A stretch of DNA of 64,000 nucleotides from Octopus sinensis. Lineage: Eukaryota. A program made the translations under genes and the position numbers. Location of the stretch: the NCBI RefSeq assembly GCF_006345805.1, contig NC_042998.1:68944001-69008000 (forward strand), written 5' to 3'. Shown here piece after piece: positions 36,901 to 51,467 of the stretch (position 1 is its first letter; each line of letters begins with the position of its first letter). The notes below the pieces were generated by a model that worked only from the letters and a program-made list of their open reading frames with translations, was not told the origin of the DNA and ran no database searches.

Positions 36901-39900
36901 CCAGCAAACGAGAAATGAACAATACTGTATGATGATGGTGCTTCCTTACAACCATCATGTAAAGACAAGGGTACATCACCAACATCGTCATTATTTGACG
37001 CCAATTTTCCATGCTTGTATGGCTGGATTGTTTGACAGGAGTTTGCAAAGCCAGTAAGCCACACCAGGTTCCATTGTCTCTTATGGCATGGTTTTTAAGG
37101 TTGAATGCCCTTCCTAATACCAGTCACTTTACAGAGTGTGTTGGGTGCTTTTTATGTGGCACTCACATCAACAGGGTCGTCCAGTAACTAGCAAGACAAA
37201 ATCCCCCTTCAGCTGGGAGGAGGGAGTAATAGTGAGGGGTTGACTTTGTGCCATTTGACGAGAGATTAAAGATGTAGAGAGACAGAGATAGGTGTCTTGA
37301 TGTAGAGTAGATATGTAGATACTCCTATTAAAAAAGTAGAATAAAGAGAGCAAGTGAGTCAAGGGTGTGTATATATATTATATATCTATGTATAGGCGTG
37401 GCTGTATGATGAGAAGCTTGCTTTCCAACCGCATGGTTCCAGGTTCAGTCTTAGGGCAGGGCACCTTGGGCAAGAGTCTTCTACTATAGCCTCAGGCCAA
37501 CCAGAGCCTTGTGGGTGAACTTGGTAGATGGAAACTGAAGCCTGTCATATACCTATATATATATGTGTTTGTGTCAGTGTTTGTCCCCCACCCCCAATCA
37601 CTTGACAACTGATGTTGGTGTGTTTACCTCCCCATAACTTCACGGTATGGTAAAATAGACTGATAGAATAAGTACTAGGCTTACAAAGAATAAGTCCTGG
37701 GGTCAAGTTATGGTTTGCTTGACTAAAGGCGGTGCTCCAGCATGGCCGCAGTCAGATAACTGAAACAGATAAAAGAATTAAAATAATTGGTATTTAATTG
37801 CTTGTGGTACCATGTAAAAGATGAAAATGTCCTTGATATTCATTTGAAAACAAAATTGTTTATTGTTCTTCTATTACAGAGTCCAGATGAGCAGGCCGTT
37901 GTGATGTCCATGGCAGCCTTTTCTTTGGGTATGTACAGGACTTCCTTTTTGCCGACCCTTTCCTCCCCTCGCCAATTCCTTTCATTGCCTCCATTAGCCC
38001 CCTTGAGGCTACCTTACTGTTTTTAAACATTAAAAAAAAAAAATTTTTTTTTTTTGTAAACTACGCAACAAAACAAAATCTCCATCAGTGTCAATTTTCG
38101 ATCCCCACAGCCTCACAGGCATACACCTGCACTCACCAGGCATACATATACATGTACACTATACATTCATACAGACAGACACACATATATATATACACAT
38201 ACAGCCATGATGTTTGTGTTTCACTTTTTATTTCATTACATCTGTCCTCCATTTTAGCCATTTAAATACAGTGAACTGACTTTGTGGTGGTGGTGATGGT
38301 AGGGAAGTAGGGTGCTGTCGTAAGATGTTAGAATTATTCTTGTTTTAACAATTTTTTATTATATTTCTGTTAAAAGACACCATTTCAAATAACTTTGAAA
38401 ATTATGAAAAATTTAGTAAAACAACTTAAGATATTATTAAGCTAGTGTTTGGGAAAACCTGAATTAACATGAAATTTTAATGGAAGGGTTTAATATGCTC
38501 ATTTTAAAACGAGGTTTATATCAAAGAACAAGGAGTGATCTCACATGGGTTGGTACCAAAAGGGTTAATATTGTAAATTTTACTGAATTGATCTCTCCAC
38601 TGAACATAAGATATGAAACTATTTAGAGACATCATAAGGCATGCAACTATTTTATTAGGGTTCATTTAAAACTCTAAAAACAACGCAATTTTTTTTTGTA
38701 TTTATATTTTTCTCCCATCTTATTCACCATTCTAAATAAAACATAGCTGGCTGTTTGCCTTGTCAAATGATATCAACCAATACTGTATTTTTAATCCTTT
38801 ATATATTAACCAAAATGAAGTAGATAAAATTATTTTTTTGAACCTGTTGAAGACACATGAGATGTCGAAATATTGTTCAATAGATGACAATGGCACTCTT
38901 CTTTTAATTTTGATATTATTATTATTATTATTAATAGTAGTCAGACTAGTAGCTATAGTATTTTAAATAACTTTTAGTTTGCAAATAGTCGCACCAACTC
39001 TAGAGTTATGTTCTTTTTCTCTTTTTTTCTCATCAATCATGAAAAAGGCAGAGATGTTATTTTTGTTCTTTGATCTATTTAAAGCCAAAGTTGACTAAAC
39101 TTCTTTTCTTTCTGCTAGGATTGATAAAATTAAAACAGCAGTCAGATACAGCTGGAGTTGATTTGTGGCTTTGTACCAATACAATAAATCAATAAGTGAT
39201 TCTTGTACTGTTTGCTTTGGATATTATGTAAACACTTGTACAAGTCTAAAAATACTTTTAGCTGTAGTAATTCTTCTTCCAATACTCTGATTAAATCAGA
39301 CTTGACTCGTTACAACTTGTGAAATGAGACTCATTACAACTTGTAGAATGAAATCCCTTACTTGGATACAGGTTAAGGAACAGCATCCATCCATAAATTT
39401 CTGCTTCCACACACACACATGTATGGATTAGTGCAGATTATCTGAGACAGAATTTTACTAACAGATGCTCCTCTTTAACTGTACATCACAAATAATGAAA
39501 ATTGTGTAGCCAATGAAATACGGTACTAGCCCATGAAATAAGGTACTAGCCAGTGAAATAAGGTACTAGTCAAGTACTGAGGTCGGTTATGATAGACGAT
39601 TCTAAGGTAACAAACTAGCACAATTGTAAGTACACCAGGCAAAATTCTTAAGAAATTGACTTTGCCTTTCATCCTTTAGGGGCCAATAAGTTCCAGTTGA
39701 GCCCTGGGGTTGAGGTAATTGACTTATCCCCTTCTCCGAAACTGCTGTCCATGTGACAAAATCTGAAACCAGTATGAAAGGCTGTTTCCAACCCTAAAAA
39801 TCTCTGACTTTTTTCATATGTATAAAAAAAAGCCATTGTTATTATTACTAATATTTTACATTCCATCCGAATATGGTCAATGCCAGGTCTGCCTGACTGG

Positions 39901-42035
39901 CTCCCGTGCTGGTGGCACATAAAAAGCACCAACTGAACGTGGTCGATGCCAGTACCCCCAGACTGGCTCTTGTGCCAGTGGCACGTAAAAAGCACCGTCC
40001 AAATGTGATCGATGCCAGGCCTGCCTGACTGGCCCCTGTGCCAGTGGCACATAAAAAGCACTGACTACATTCTGAGTGGTTGGTGTTAGGAAGGGCATCC
40101 AGCTGTAGAAACCTTGCCAGATCAGACTGGAGCCTAGTGCAGCCATTGGCTTTCCAGACCTGTCAAACTGTCCAACCCATGCCAGCATGGAAAATGGGCA
40201 TTAAACGATGATGATGTTAAAATTTTGCTGAGGTCAGCTTTGCCTTTTATCCTTCCGGGGCTTCAAAAATGGATGGAGAATTGGTAGTATATCAGATAAA
40301 GTACCTTGTGTTATTTGTGTCCCTTTAAGTTCCAAGTCTAAATCCTGCAGAGGTTAATTTTACTTGTTAGCCTTCTGGGGTTGTTCATGTACAGGAAGAA
40401 TTAATATTATTATTTGGGAAGCTGGCAGAACCGTTGGAATACTGGACGAAATGCTTAGCAGCATTTTGTCTATCTTCAAATTCTGCCAAGTTTGACTTTG
40501 CCTTTCATCCTTTTGGGGTCAATAAAACAAGTACTAGTTGAGCACTGGGGTCGATGTAATCAACTTGCCCTTAAAATTGCTGGACTTGTGCCAAAATTTG
40601 AAATTATTGTTATTATTATTAAGTTTAAATACTGCCAAGGTCAAATTTGCTAGCCTTCCTTTCAGGGTTAGAAAATAAAGTACCAGTTGAGTACTGGAAT
40701 CAGTGTAATCAACTCACACCCCCTCCTCTTAAAACCTTGTGCCATTAAAAAAATTATTATTTGAAGCGTTGGATCATCAGAGCATTGGGAAAAGTGCTTC
40801 ATGGTATTTGTTTCATCTCTATATGTCCCAAGTTTAAATCCTGCCAAGGACAACTTCAAAGTACTAGTCATGTACTGAGATTGGTAGTATTGATTAATCT
40901 CATAATTTAGTTCTGTTTAACAACTTTAAAAAGAAAAACCAAAAAATAATCTTTATTTGAAATAGTCTCTAAAATAACAATTAGTATAATTCATTAACAT
41001 TTAGGTGCAATTAATTAAAGTAACATCTCCTTCTCACATATGTATTGTTCCTTGTCGAGCTACAATTATTCTTGCCTTAATAACCCTACACTTACATAAT
41101 GGCTAATGTATTTAAATTTGTGTGAATATAATATGGCTAACATTATTTAAACAAAATATTGCAGCTCTCTCTCAATATATTTACAACTAGTTGAAACTTC
41201 TATTTGCTGTTGTGTCTTTTGTAATTTGATTATTTCATCAACAAGCAATAATCTTCTGTACAAAACTAATAAAAATTTAAATTATTAGATGACGGACACA
41301 TCAGAATTCCTGTAAAAATGGTTATACAATTTGCTTGCTTTTTTTCTTTTACTTCCATAATAAAACCAGTCTTTTGGGTTTACCATTACACATTCTGTGA
41401 AACACAAACATCATAGCTTTTTATATATAACGGTTGCACCAGGTAATGTGGTTTTAATTCGATTTGGTAAGGTCTGAAATAAAATTTTATGCGTTTAAGG
41501 TTTGTATAGTGAATTTGTGAACTGCATGTACAACTGAATCTTTTATAATTTTGTATTTGTATATTTAAAAAAAACTATTTTTAAATCATATTAAAAAGAT
41601 GTTTTTGCATATTTTTTTACTCCAGCAATCACAAAATTGAAATTTTTTTAATAATTTTTTTCTCCCACCCAAATTTTGTGTAAAATTTAAAATTTTATTA
41701 CTGTACTTTTTTTTTCTTCTTACCTTGAAAGAGTCAGTTGTGCATATAGTTACATTTCCACTCGAAATATTTATTATGTTTTCAATGCTGCAGCAGTTAC
41801 ATATCTTTAGGCAAACAAATAAAAAATACAATACTTTTTTTTTTACTCTATTTTACTTTTTTTTTTGAAGTTTTTTCTTATTTATTTTTATCAGTTTTCC
41901 TGCTGAAAACTATATTTTTTTCCTAAAACAATTCTAATTATATATATAAAGTGACATGATGAATAAATATCTTGCTATTTATTCCATGGTGATGTGTTTA
42001 GTCATTTCAAAAGACACACCAACTGACATATCTGG

Positions 42036-42072
<37 letters not shown>

Positions 42073-45000
42073 TATATATGCATTTAAGTATGTATAAATA
42101 TACAGAAATATATTTAAGCTTGTTAGTCATCATCAAATGACTTTTGTGATATGAAGAAAAAAATTCCTGTCAGTAAATTTTGAATTATTCCAAAACAAGG
42201 AAGCAATTTTAAAAATAATTGTTTTATTGATTACTTCTATCAATGCCATATATTGCTTGGTAGTTAATTTTTGAAATTCTTTCAATGAGAATTTAATCTA
42301 AAACCATTTCATTTCATTTGTTGCCTGGAGATATAACCCTGCAGTATAAATTGACTAAAGTTTATGCCTACACTGAATAATTACTTCTTCACACCAATGC
42401 CATAGACATTAGAAAGTCTTGAGGTGTTAAGATTTAATTAATTTCAGTCTCAATGTATTATAAAGTATTAATTTTTTCCTAGCTTGGAATTTTATTAGTA
42501 AATTAGTTCCATAATAATTTAGCCATTTGAAGTTGTTGTAAAAATGTCTTTCCTACAGATTTTTTCATGTAAAAATCTAATTTTTTAAATTAAAAATTGA
42601 GGACGTGTGACATTGTATATAAATTAAGTCGTTAGTTGTTAAGTTGTATATAATGTTAATTGGTCATTTATAGACACTCTGTGCTGAATAATCTCTTGGT
42701 AATTATTTCAAATACCTGGTGCAACAAGAAAAAATTTGTTCCAAGTGAAATTCTATAAAAAAAAAATTTTTTCTCTCCCCCACTCCCCAACATTTCCTCC
42801 CAAATATTGACCTGCCCAAAGTTGATATATATATGTCTACAACCCAAATTGAAAATGTCCTCATTGTTCCATTCTGTTAAATACATGTATGCTATGGTCA
42901 ATAGTAGTTATAGTATTGGGTGTGAATGATTGCTGCCTGTTGTATATAAAAATAGCAGTTTATTTAAATAACAGTGAAAAATTGTGTGAAAGCATTTTCA
43001 AATTTTCCTTTTTCTTATTTTTATAATTTCATTCTATAATTAAAAGAGAAAGAAAATTTAAGAAACCAGTTTTACATAATTGGAAAATATATATATATAT
43101 ATTTGTAAAAATAATGGTTTTATTTTTTATGTTCTGGAGTTCAAATGAACTGCTATTTGAATGACATTGTTTTTCTGAATAAATGGATTTTGAATGCAAG
43201 ATTTAGGTTGTTGACTTCAGTTTTGGTGCTGACATTCAGTTTCTTGCAGATGAGAGGATTTTGGCCAACACCAAGCTGGTGATCACACTGGCGACGCTAC
43301 GGCTACTGAAGTTTCCTGGCATATTTGTATCCAACATGAGGTGCCAACCTGTAAAATATCATTTCTCCTCCTCCTTCTATACCTATCTTGTGTTCAAATT
43401 TTATCCTTTCATTAAAATTTTAATATCATATAAGCTTTTTTTTTTTCCATATATATATTTTTTTAAATATAGTTTTCAAATAAGTTTAACCATTTTTTTC
43501 TTGTCATTTACATTTTTTCAAACTAAATATACACTTCCTTGATATATAAATATATATAGCTCATCAATAAATTTATCATAATCCCATTGTTTTATCAAAT
43601 TTCTCCTGGGATAAATTTTTAAGAGTAGTTTTAGAAGAATCCCCATTATCGTGTAAACAAAATTAGTTTCACTAATAAATAGTATTTTAAGATGAAATTA
43701 TTTCTAAGAATTCAAATCTATAGTAAATTTTTAAGACTAATCTCAGAAGAATCTCTATATCTTTTAGGCAAAATTAATGTTTCACTAATAAACAGTATTT
43801 TAGGATAAAACTAAATTCTAGGCATCCATGTGATTATTTTATAAAATTAATCAGTGTTTTGTTTATCAAAAACTTAGAAACACAAAACTCAGCATACTCC
43901 ATTGATAATTTTTAATGTTACTCCTTAAAATATCCTGTTACATCTTATATAATATAAAATATTATAAAACCTCATTTGTTTGCTCATAATTTTAATTAAT
44001 AATAATGACCTTAATTTCTACTATTTATGGAATGTTAACTTTATAACATGTCTATAACAAGGTCATTTGCCACATTCTTCAATATCTGGCTGCCAGCTGC
44101 CAAATTGTTGACATTTCACTGGGTTTTTTCCACTGACCATAGATCTTTAGAAGAATCTTCATCTGGGTCACAGATGTTCTTAACATTTTCCAGTGAATTT
44201 ATTGGTTATTTGTCAGCAGCAATTAATATTGGTTGCTCTTTGGTTGTATTGATTGAATAACATTGTGGCATTTTCGCAACAGAATTTTTTTGTTGTGTTG
44301 CATAATAAAAGTTGTAATAATAATAAGAAAAAAAGAACAATGATAATGATGACAATAATAATGATAATAATAATCCTACTATAGGCACAAGGCCTGATAT
44401 TTTAGGGGAAGGAGTTAGTTGACTGCATTGACCCCAGTGGTTAACTGGTACTTATTTCAACTTTAAAATGATGAAAGACAAAATCAAGCTCAGGAGAATT
44501 TGAACTCAGAATGTAAAGACAGACAAAATGTTTCAACAAAATGCTTAGCACCACCATTTCATCCATCTTTATATTCTGTATTGAAAATACCATTGAGGTC
44601 AACTTGGCCTTTCATCGTTTTGGGGGTCAATGAAATAAGTGCCCGTTCATTACTTGGTCAACATAATCAACTAGAACCCTCCCAAAAATTTCAAGGCTTA
44701 TGCCTAGAGTAGAAAAGATTATCATTATTATTATTATTATTATTGAAGGCAGAATCATTAGCATACTGGGCAAAATGCTTAGCTGTATTTCATCTGGAGC
44801 TACGTTCTGAGTTCAAATTCCACCAAGGACAACTTTGCCTTTCATCCTTTGAGGATTGATGTAATCAACTCAACCTCTCCCCCAAAATTGCTGCCCTTGT
44901 GGCAAAATTTGAAACTATTATTATTGAAGGCGGCGAGCTGGCAGAATCGTTAGCACACTGGGCGAAATGCTTAGTGGTATTTCATTTTATCTTTACGTTC

Positions 45001-47797
45001 TGAGTTCAAATCCCGCCATGGTCAAACTTTGCTTTTCATCCTTCCAGGATCAATAAATTAAGTACCAGTTGACTACTGGGGTCAATGTCATCAACTGTCT
45101 CTCTCCCCAGAAAATCCAGGCCTTATGCCTATAGTAGAAAGGATTATTATTATCATCATTAATATCATTAGCTCTAAATTAGAACACTACTTAATTCTAT
45201 TGAATTCAATATGTTCTTTAGTTTGATTGTTAAATAGTAACAATTGTCTAAGTGTTACAATTACTGGTAAATATTGATATTTAAGGTTTATGGTTTCACT
45301 CTGATTAAAATATGTTGCCAAATATCTCTTCTCCAGATCTATTACGTCTAGTAAGTAATAATAAAAATAATTATAATAATGTTAGTGGGATTTTTTTAAG
45401 TGGACATAACAGTTGATAATAATATTAATAAAATAATGATGGTGATGCTAAGTAAAATTTAAACTCATTGTTTTATTTGTTCTGAACTGTTCTTAGAATT
45501 TTAGAAAACCTTGACATAATTCCTTAAATTGATAAGTTTATAATTTTTTGAAATATTTTTTGTTAACATTTAAATTACTCATCTAAAGCAAATCTTGAAA
45601 TTAGCAATTTGTCTTCCTTTCACACACACACACACATACTCTCTCTTTCTTCTCATATTTAAGCACCCACCCACACACATGCACACACACACACACATAT
45701 ATATGTAGTATCCACAAGCATTGCACATACAGTGTTAAGCAGGGCAGTTTATTTTGCTTAATATGGATGTTATGTAATTCGTAGTTGATATCAAATATAA
45801 ATTTTGTAATTCTTAGAATTATTCTTTTATAATTCATCATCATCATCCTTGTCTTAAATTCCACTTTCCCATGCTCACATGGGTTGAACAGAGGGGCTGA
45901 TTTTCTGTGGCTGGATAGATACCCTTCCAGTCGCCCACTCCCCTTGTTTCTAAGCAAACTAATGTTTTTCCATGGCCAGACATCTTTCCAAAGAAGACTA
46001 GCAACAGACATTGCTTATATGACAATGGTTGTCATTTGCAACCATTATATGATGTCAAAGCAAGGAAACAGTAACACATCCAGGGCAGGCTTTCAGTTTC
46101 CATCTACGAAATCCAATCCCAAGGTTTTTGGTCAGTTTGGGGCTGTAGTGGAAAACACTTGACCAAGGTGCCACGCAGCAGCATTGAACCAAAAATCATA
46201 TGGTTGGGGAAGCAAACTTGTTAGCCATACAGCCACACTTGCATTCCTCAAATACAATTAGTATGTAAGTAAATCTGGTATCAAAATCAATGACCAACCA
46301 GTGGGAGATAAAACCCAAATAAGGTCTACGAACATCTATTAGTAATGCTATATATATATATATACACATACACACATACATACATACATACATACAAACA
46401 TAGATACATACATGCATACTTTTATTCTTTTACTTCTTTTGGTCATTTGACTGCAACCATGCTGGAGCACCACCTTGAAGGGTTTTAGTCAAACAAATTG
46501 ATCCCAGGACTTGTTTCTTAAGCTTAGTACTTATTTTATCAGTCTTTTTTTGCCTAACTACTAAGTTACATGGACATAAACACCACACCAGCAAGGGTTA
46601 TCAAGCAGTGATGGGGGTGGCGGACAAACACACACTCATATACACAACAGGCTTCTTTCAGTTTCCGTCTATCAAATCCCCTCACAAGGCTTTGGTTGGC
46701 CCAAGGCTATAGTAGAAGACACTTGCCCAAGGTGCCATGTAGTGGGACTGAACCTGGAGCCATGTGGTTGGTAAGCAAGTTCTTTACTACACTGCCATGC
46801 CTGATACATATTTATAACTAAACTGTTAGAGTCAACAGCTGTTCGTTACAGTTTAAAGATTTTGATTTGTGAAACCAATGAAAATAGAAGTAAATATACT
46901 CTTGTTTCCAGTTTCTGTACCTCAGGGCCAATGTTCATGAATGGTGGAAGACAAAAGACTGGATTTGATACCAGAATTGCAGGTGCTGGCACCATCACTC
47001 TGCCAGCATCAGCATTCTATCCTTAGAAGTACCAGTTACATACTGGGCTCAGTCTAATTGACTGGCCCCTTCCCCCATAATCTCGGGCTTTGTGCCTAGA
47101 ATAGAAAAGAAGAAAAAAACAGGAGAGGTTGGTAAAAAATGCCAAACTCGCTTAATTCGGTATTCATGCCTTTCCTTGCCTATATTCAATGAATATTGGC
47201 TAATGACTAAAAGAGTATGATTGTGAATACAAGTAGCCAAAATAGGGTCCTTCCACAGGATCTCTGGAATATTGTTACTCAACAAGGTGTACCTCAGAGA
47301 TCTGGGCTCTCTCTTCAGGTTGAGCCACTACTTCCCCTGCATTGAGAGGTCACAAGCTCCATTACTATGGACATGTGACAGATGTTATAGGGAAGAATTG
47401 CAAACTGAACTCTTCAAGCTGAGCCAACTGGCAGGAGACCAAAGAGCTAAACTAAGGACAAGAGGGTTGATTAATATCCCTAGTCTCATTTGGTCACACT
47501 GAATCATCAACGTCCGCTTTTCCATGCTGGCATGGATTGGACGATTTGACAGGAAGTGATTAGCTGAAAGACTTTTCAGGCTCTCTGTTTTGGTATGGTT
47601 TCTGTGGCTGGATGCTCTTCCTATAGCTACTTTTACGTGGCACCAGCACAAGATTAGGAGTGCTCAGCTGGAGGGGATTGCAAGGTATGAGCCTGTATAT
47701 GTATGTATGTATGTATATATATATGTATGTATGTATATATATATATATGTATGTATGTATATATATATGTATGTATGTATATATATATGTATGTATG

Positions 47798-47828
<31 letters not shown>

Positions 47829-48123
47829 ATATATATATGTATGTATATATATATATGTATGTATGTATATATATATATGTATGTATGTATATGTATGTAT
47901 GTATGTATGTATATGTATGTATGTATATGTATGTATATATATATATGTATGTATGTATATATATGTATGTATGTATATATATGTATGTATGTATATATAT
48001 ATATGTATGTATATATATATATGTATGTATATATATATATGTATGTATATATATATGTATGTATGTATATATATGTATGTATGTATATATATATGTATGT
48101 ATGTATATATATATGTATGTATG

Positions 48124-48154
<31 letters not shown>

Positions 48155-48159
48155 GTATG

Positions 48160-48190
<31 letters not shown>

Positions 48191-48313
48191 GTATGTATGT
48201 ATATATATATGTATGTATGTATGTATATATATATATATATGTATATATATATGTATGTATATATATATATATGTATATATATATGTATGTATGTATATAT
48301 ATATGTATGTATG

Positions 48314-48344
<31 letters not shown>

Positions 48345-48510
48345 GTATATATATATGTATGTATGTATATATATATGTATGTATGTATATATGTATGTAT
48401 GTATATATATATGTATGTATGTATATATATATGTATGTATGTATATATATATGTATGTATTATATATGTATGTATGTATATATGTATGTATGTATATATA
48501 TGTATGTATG

Positions 48511-48541
<31 letters not shown>

Positions 48542-48626
48542 GTATGTATGTATATATATATATGTATGTATGTATATATATGTATGTATGTATATATATG
48601 TATGTATGTATATATATGTATGTATG

Positions 48627-48677
<51 letters not shown>

Positions 48678-48824
48678 GTATGTATGTATATATATATGTA
48701 TGTATGTATATATATATGTATGTATGTATATATATATGTATGTATGTATATATATATGTATGTATGTATATATATATGTATGTATGTATATATATATGTA
48801 TGTATGTATATATATGTATGTATG

Positions 48825-48855
<31 letters not shown>

Positions 48856-49140
48856 GTATGTATGTATATATATATATGTATGTATGTATATATATGTATG
48901 TATGTATATATATGTATGTATGTATATATATGTATGTATGTATATATATATATATATGTATGTATGTATATATATGTATATATGTATGTATATGTATGTA
49001 TATATGTATGTATATGTATGTATGTATATATATATATATATGTATGTATATATATGTATATATGTATGTATATATATGTATATATGTATGTATATGTATG
49101 TATATATATATATATATGTATATATATATGTATGTATATG

Positions 49141-49173
<33 letters not shown>

Positions 49174-51467
49174 ATATGTGCATATATGTGCATCTTTGTA
49201 TTTATCTCCCACCACCACTTAACAGATATAAAAAAATAAATATTGGGATCAATCTGTTTGGCTAAAATTTTTCTAGGCAGTGCCCCAGCATGGCTGTAGT
49301 TAACAAAGTGAAACAAGACAAAGATGCAAGATATACAAACCCAGTATGAAAGTCTAAGCTTTCTGGATAGTGTCTGCCTTTACTTAAATACATTCATATA
49401 TCTTCATAATAGATCTATGTATGTGTAAATGCCTACACACATTGCTATTGTATGTAAGAGCGTGCGCGCGTGCACAAACACACACACATTATATAAATAT
49501 AACTTTTATACATATATCAAATATGTATATATATATATATATATTGACACACAAATTGAATATTCTTGACATTGCTAATTTCATTTTTGCAACATACTCT
49601 CTGCCCCTATATATATACGCACACAAACATTTTCTTCAAAACACTATTGTTACTATTTCTCAAATGTTTGTTGTTGTTGTTTTTTTTCTTGAATAGATTT
49701 GTTAATCTTGTGTATTCTTATCTTTTAGGTGCCAGTGGTGGCCTTGGGTTCTATGCTTTAGTAGGCAGAAGATTCCCTAGTCTTTTAAGACATGGTTTAG
49801 GTATACCACTTGGTAAGTAAACTCTTGCTCCAAACCATTTTTTTCTAATTTAGATCATTTTGTTACCATATTCTTGTTGAAATACACTGCTTTCATCATC
49901 ATCATCATCATCATCGTTTAACATCCGTTTTCCATACTGGTATGTGTTGGATGGTTTGACTGAGGTCTGGAGAGCCAGCAGCTGCTCCAGGCTCCAATCT
50001 GATCTGGCAATGTTTCTACAGCTGGATGCCCTTCTTAATACCAACCACTCTGAGAGTGTAGTGGATGCTTTTCATGTGCCACCGGCACAGGAGCCAGTTA
50101 GGCAGATCTGGCATTGATCATGTTCAGATAGTGCTTTTTACATGCAACCAGCATGGGGTACTGGCATCAGCCACGTCGGGATGGGGCTTTTTACATGCCA
50201 CTGGCACGGGAGCCAGTCAGAGGGCAGTGGCCACGGCTACGATATAGGTTTGTTTCAATTTTGGAAATAACGACAAATTTAGTAAAATAATTTTGTCCTT
50301 ATTAAGTTGGTGTTTGGAACAAATTAACATGAAATTTTGATATATCATTTTAAAAGAAACTTGAATCCTAGAACCAGGGGTAGGTTTGGCTGAGTGGGTT
50401 GGTATCAGAAGGGTTAAATCAGCTATTTATTGAAATTTAAATTAATTTTGAAACCTGCAACACACACACATAGATGTGACAAACTTCTTATACATTAGTC
50501 AAACAAATCAACCCCAGAACTTATTCTTTGTAAAACTAGTGCTTATTCTATTGGTCTCTTTGCCGAACTGCTAAGTTACAGGGACATAAATACACCAGCA
50601 TCAGTTGTCAAGCAATCGTGGGGGGGGGGACAAACATACACACACATGCATACACGATGGGCTTCTTCCAGTTTCTGCCTATTAAATCCACTCACAAGGC
50701 TTTGGTCAGCCCATGGGTATAGTAGAAAACACTTGCCCTAGGTGCCTCACAGTGGGACTGAACCTGGAACCATGTGGTTGGTAAACAAGATACTTACCTC
50801 ACAACCACTCCTAATATATAATTCCCAAAATTAAATCAGTATGCAACAAGTTAGACTCCTTGTGTTAGTGATATTAACCTCGTGTTTAGCTTATTGTTTT
50901 CTGTATTTTATTTCAAATAAAATTGAGTTGTTAATAAATATTTGGTTTTGTTTTTCATTTAGCATTTGGAGGTGCAGCTGCTGTTGGGACCTACCTAGCT
51001 GCTAACAATGTCACACCGCGTGATATCAAGAGAGCATATTTCCGAGTATGTACATTATTTCAATGTCATTGTAATAAAATGTTGAGATTATTTTAATTTC
51101 ATTAAAGAAATTTACTTTAATTTTCAAAATATACGTGTATGTATGAATATATACATACATGTATATGTGTATCTGTGGTTGTGTGTGATATATTATATAT
51201 ATATGCTTTAAAAGTGACCTACCTGTGGAAATGCTGGCACACAGCAGCTGCTGAATAATTTTTTATGTAAATATTTATAAAACAATTCATGCAGTGATAG
51301 GAGACTAAAAACTCAGCAACTTGCAGATGTTGCCACTGCACAGAAACAATTGTAATTTGTAATTAAAGTCTGTTTATTCCATTTTTTTGTTGTATAAATT
51401 TTTATATATATATATATATATATTACATTTCCCTCTTTTTTTCTCTTTTCTCTAGCTCAAGACGTGA
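29060..51467 (+). CDS. Spliced gene model for a small two-TM membrane protein (~109 aa, weakly TMEM141-like). Exons 29060-29116, 31695-31704, 33220-33254, 37880-37928, 49729-49812, 50963-51045, 51456-51467
   Basis: All exons have AG/GT boundaries with compatible phases (0,1,0,1,1,0). Splicing gives [109 protein letters not shown]. Two Gly/Ala-rich hydrophobic helices flank an RRFP loop. The last four exons are well supported; the first three are less certain. Confidence 0.55.
31842..32013. mobile_element. Hairpin MITE with telomere-like loop
   Basis: ~75-bp near-perfect arms, loop tcttaaccctaaccctaagt; decayed relative at about 24310-24530. Confidence 0.7.
35110..35850. repeat. Minisatellite, ~22-26-bp unit tgtgtgtatgtgtctgtttctgcata
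   Basis: About 30 direct copies. Confidence 0.95.
36209..36745. mobile_element. Non-autonomous DNA transposon in (TG)n
   Basis: Terminal inverted repeats ggtggaattctggttt / aaaccagaattccacc with longer imperfect arms. Confidence 0.62.
37880..37928 (+). CDS. Internal coding exon ([17 protein letters not shown])
   Basis: Acceptor ttcttctattacag, donor G|gtatgt; only phase 0 is open. Confidence 0.6.
47697..49175. repeat. 1.5-kb compound (TA)n/(TATG)n microsatellite
   Basis: Direct reading; source of the spurious 500-aa ORFs. Confidence 0.98.
49729..49812 (+). CDS. Internal coding exon ([29 protein letters not shown])
   Basis: Acceptor ttcttatcttttag, donor G|gtaagt, 84 nt, phase 1-1, open and protein-like. 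Confidence 0.72.
50963..51045 (+). CDS. Penultimate coding exon ([28 protein letters not shown])
   Basis: Acceptor tttttcatttag, donor CGA|gtatgt, single open frame in phase with the previous exon. Confidence 0.72.
51456..51467 (+). CDS. Terminal coding exon (LKT*) followed by a probable 3' UTR
   Basis: Very strong polypyrimidine acceptor ctcttttttctcttttctctag; phase 0 gives CTC AAG ACG TGA. Confidence 0.6.
   Translation, partial: LKT

Noticed and set aside
39120-39195. Exon-like segment after a good acceptor
   Set aside because: Stops in all frames before any convincing donor
43251-43340. Frame with three in-frame TGA codons (selenoprotein or alternative-code idea)
   Set aside because: Another frame is fully open, there is no SECIS evidence and no recognisable selenoprotein motif; chance is more likely
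46912-46981. Candidate internal exon [23 protein letters not shown]
   Set aside because: Weak donor (gtgctg); the gene splices in frame and reads as a cleaner TM helix without it
47590-49316. ORFs of 250-550 aa
   Set aside because: Translations of the (TA)/(TATG) microsatellite, which lacks stop codons; composition is only Y/I/M/V/C/H/T
51010-51045. J-domain-like [13 protein letters not shown]
   Set aside because: No HPD motif follows in the spliced frame; the protein stops three residues later
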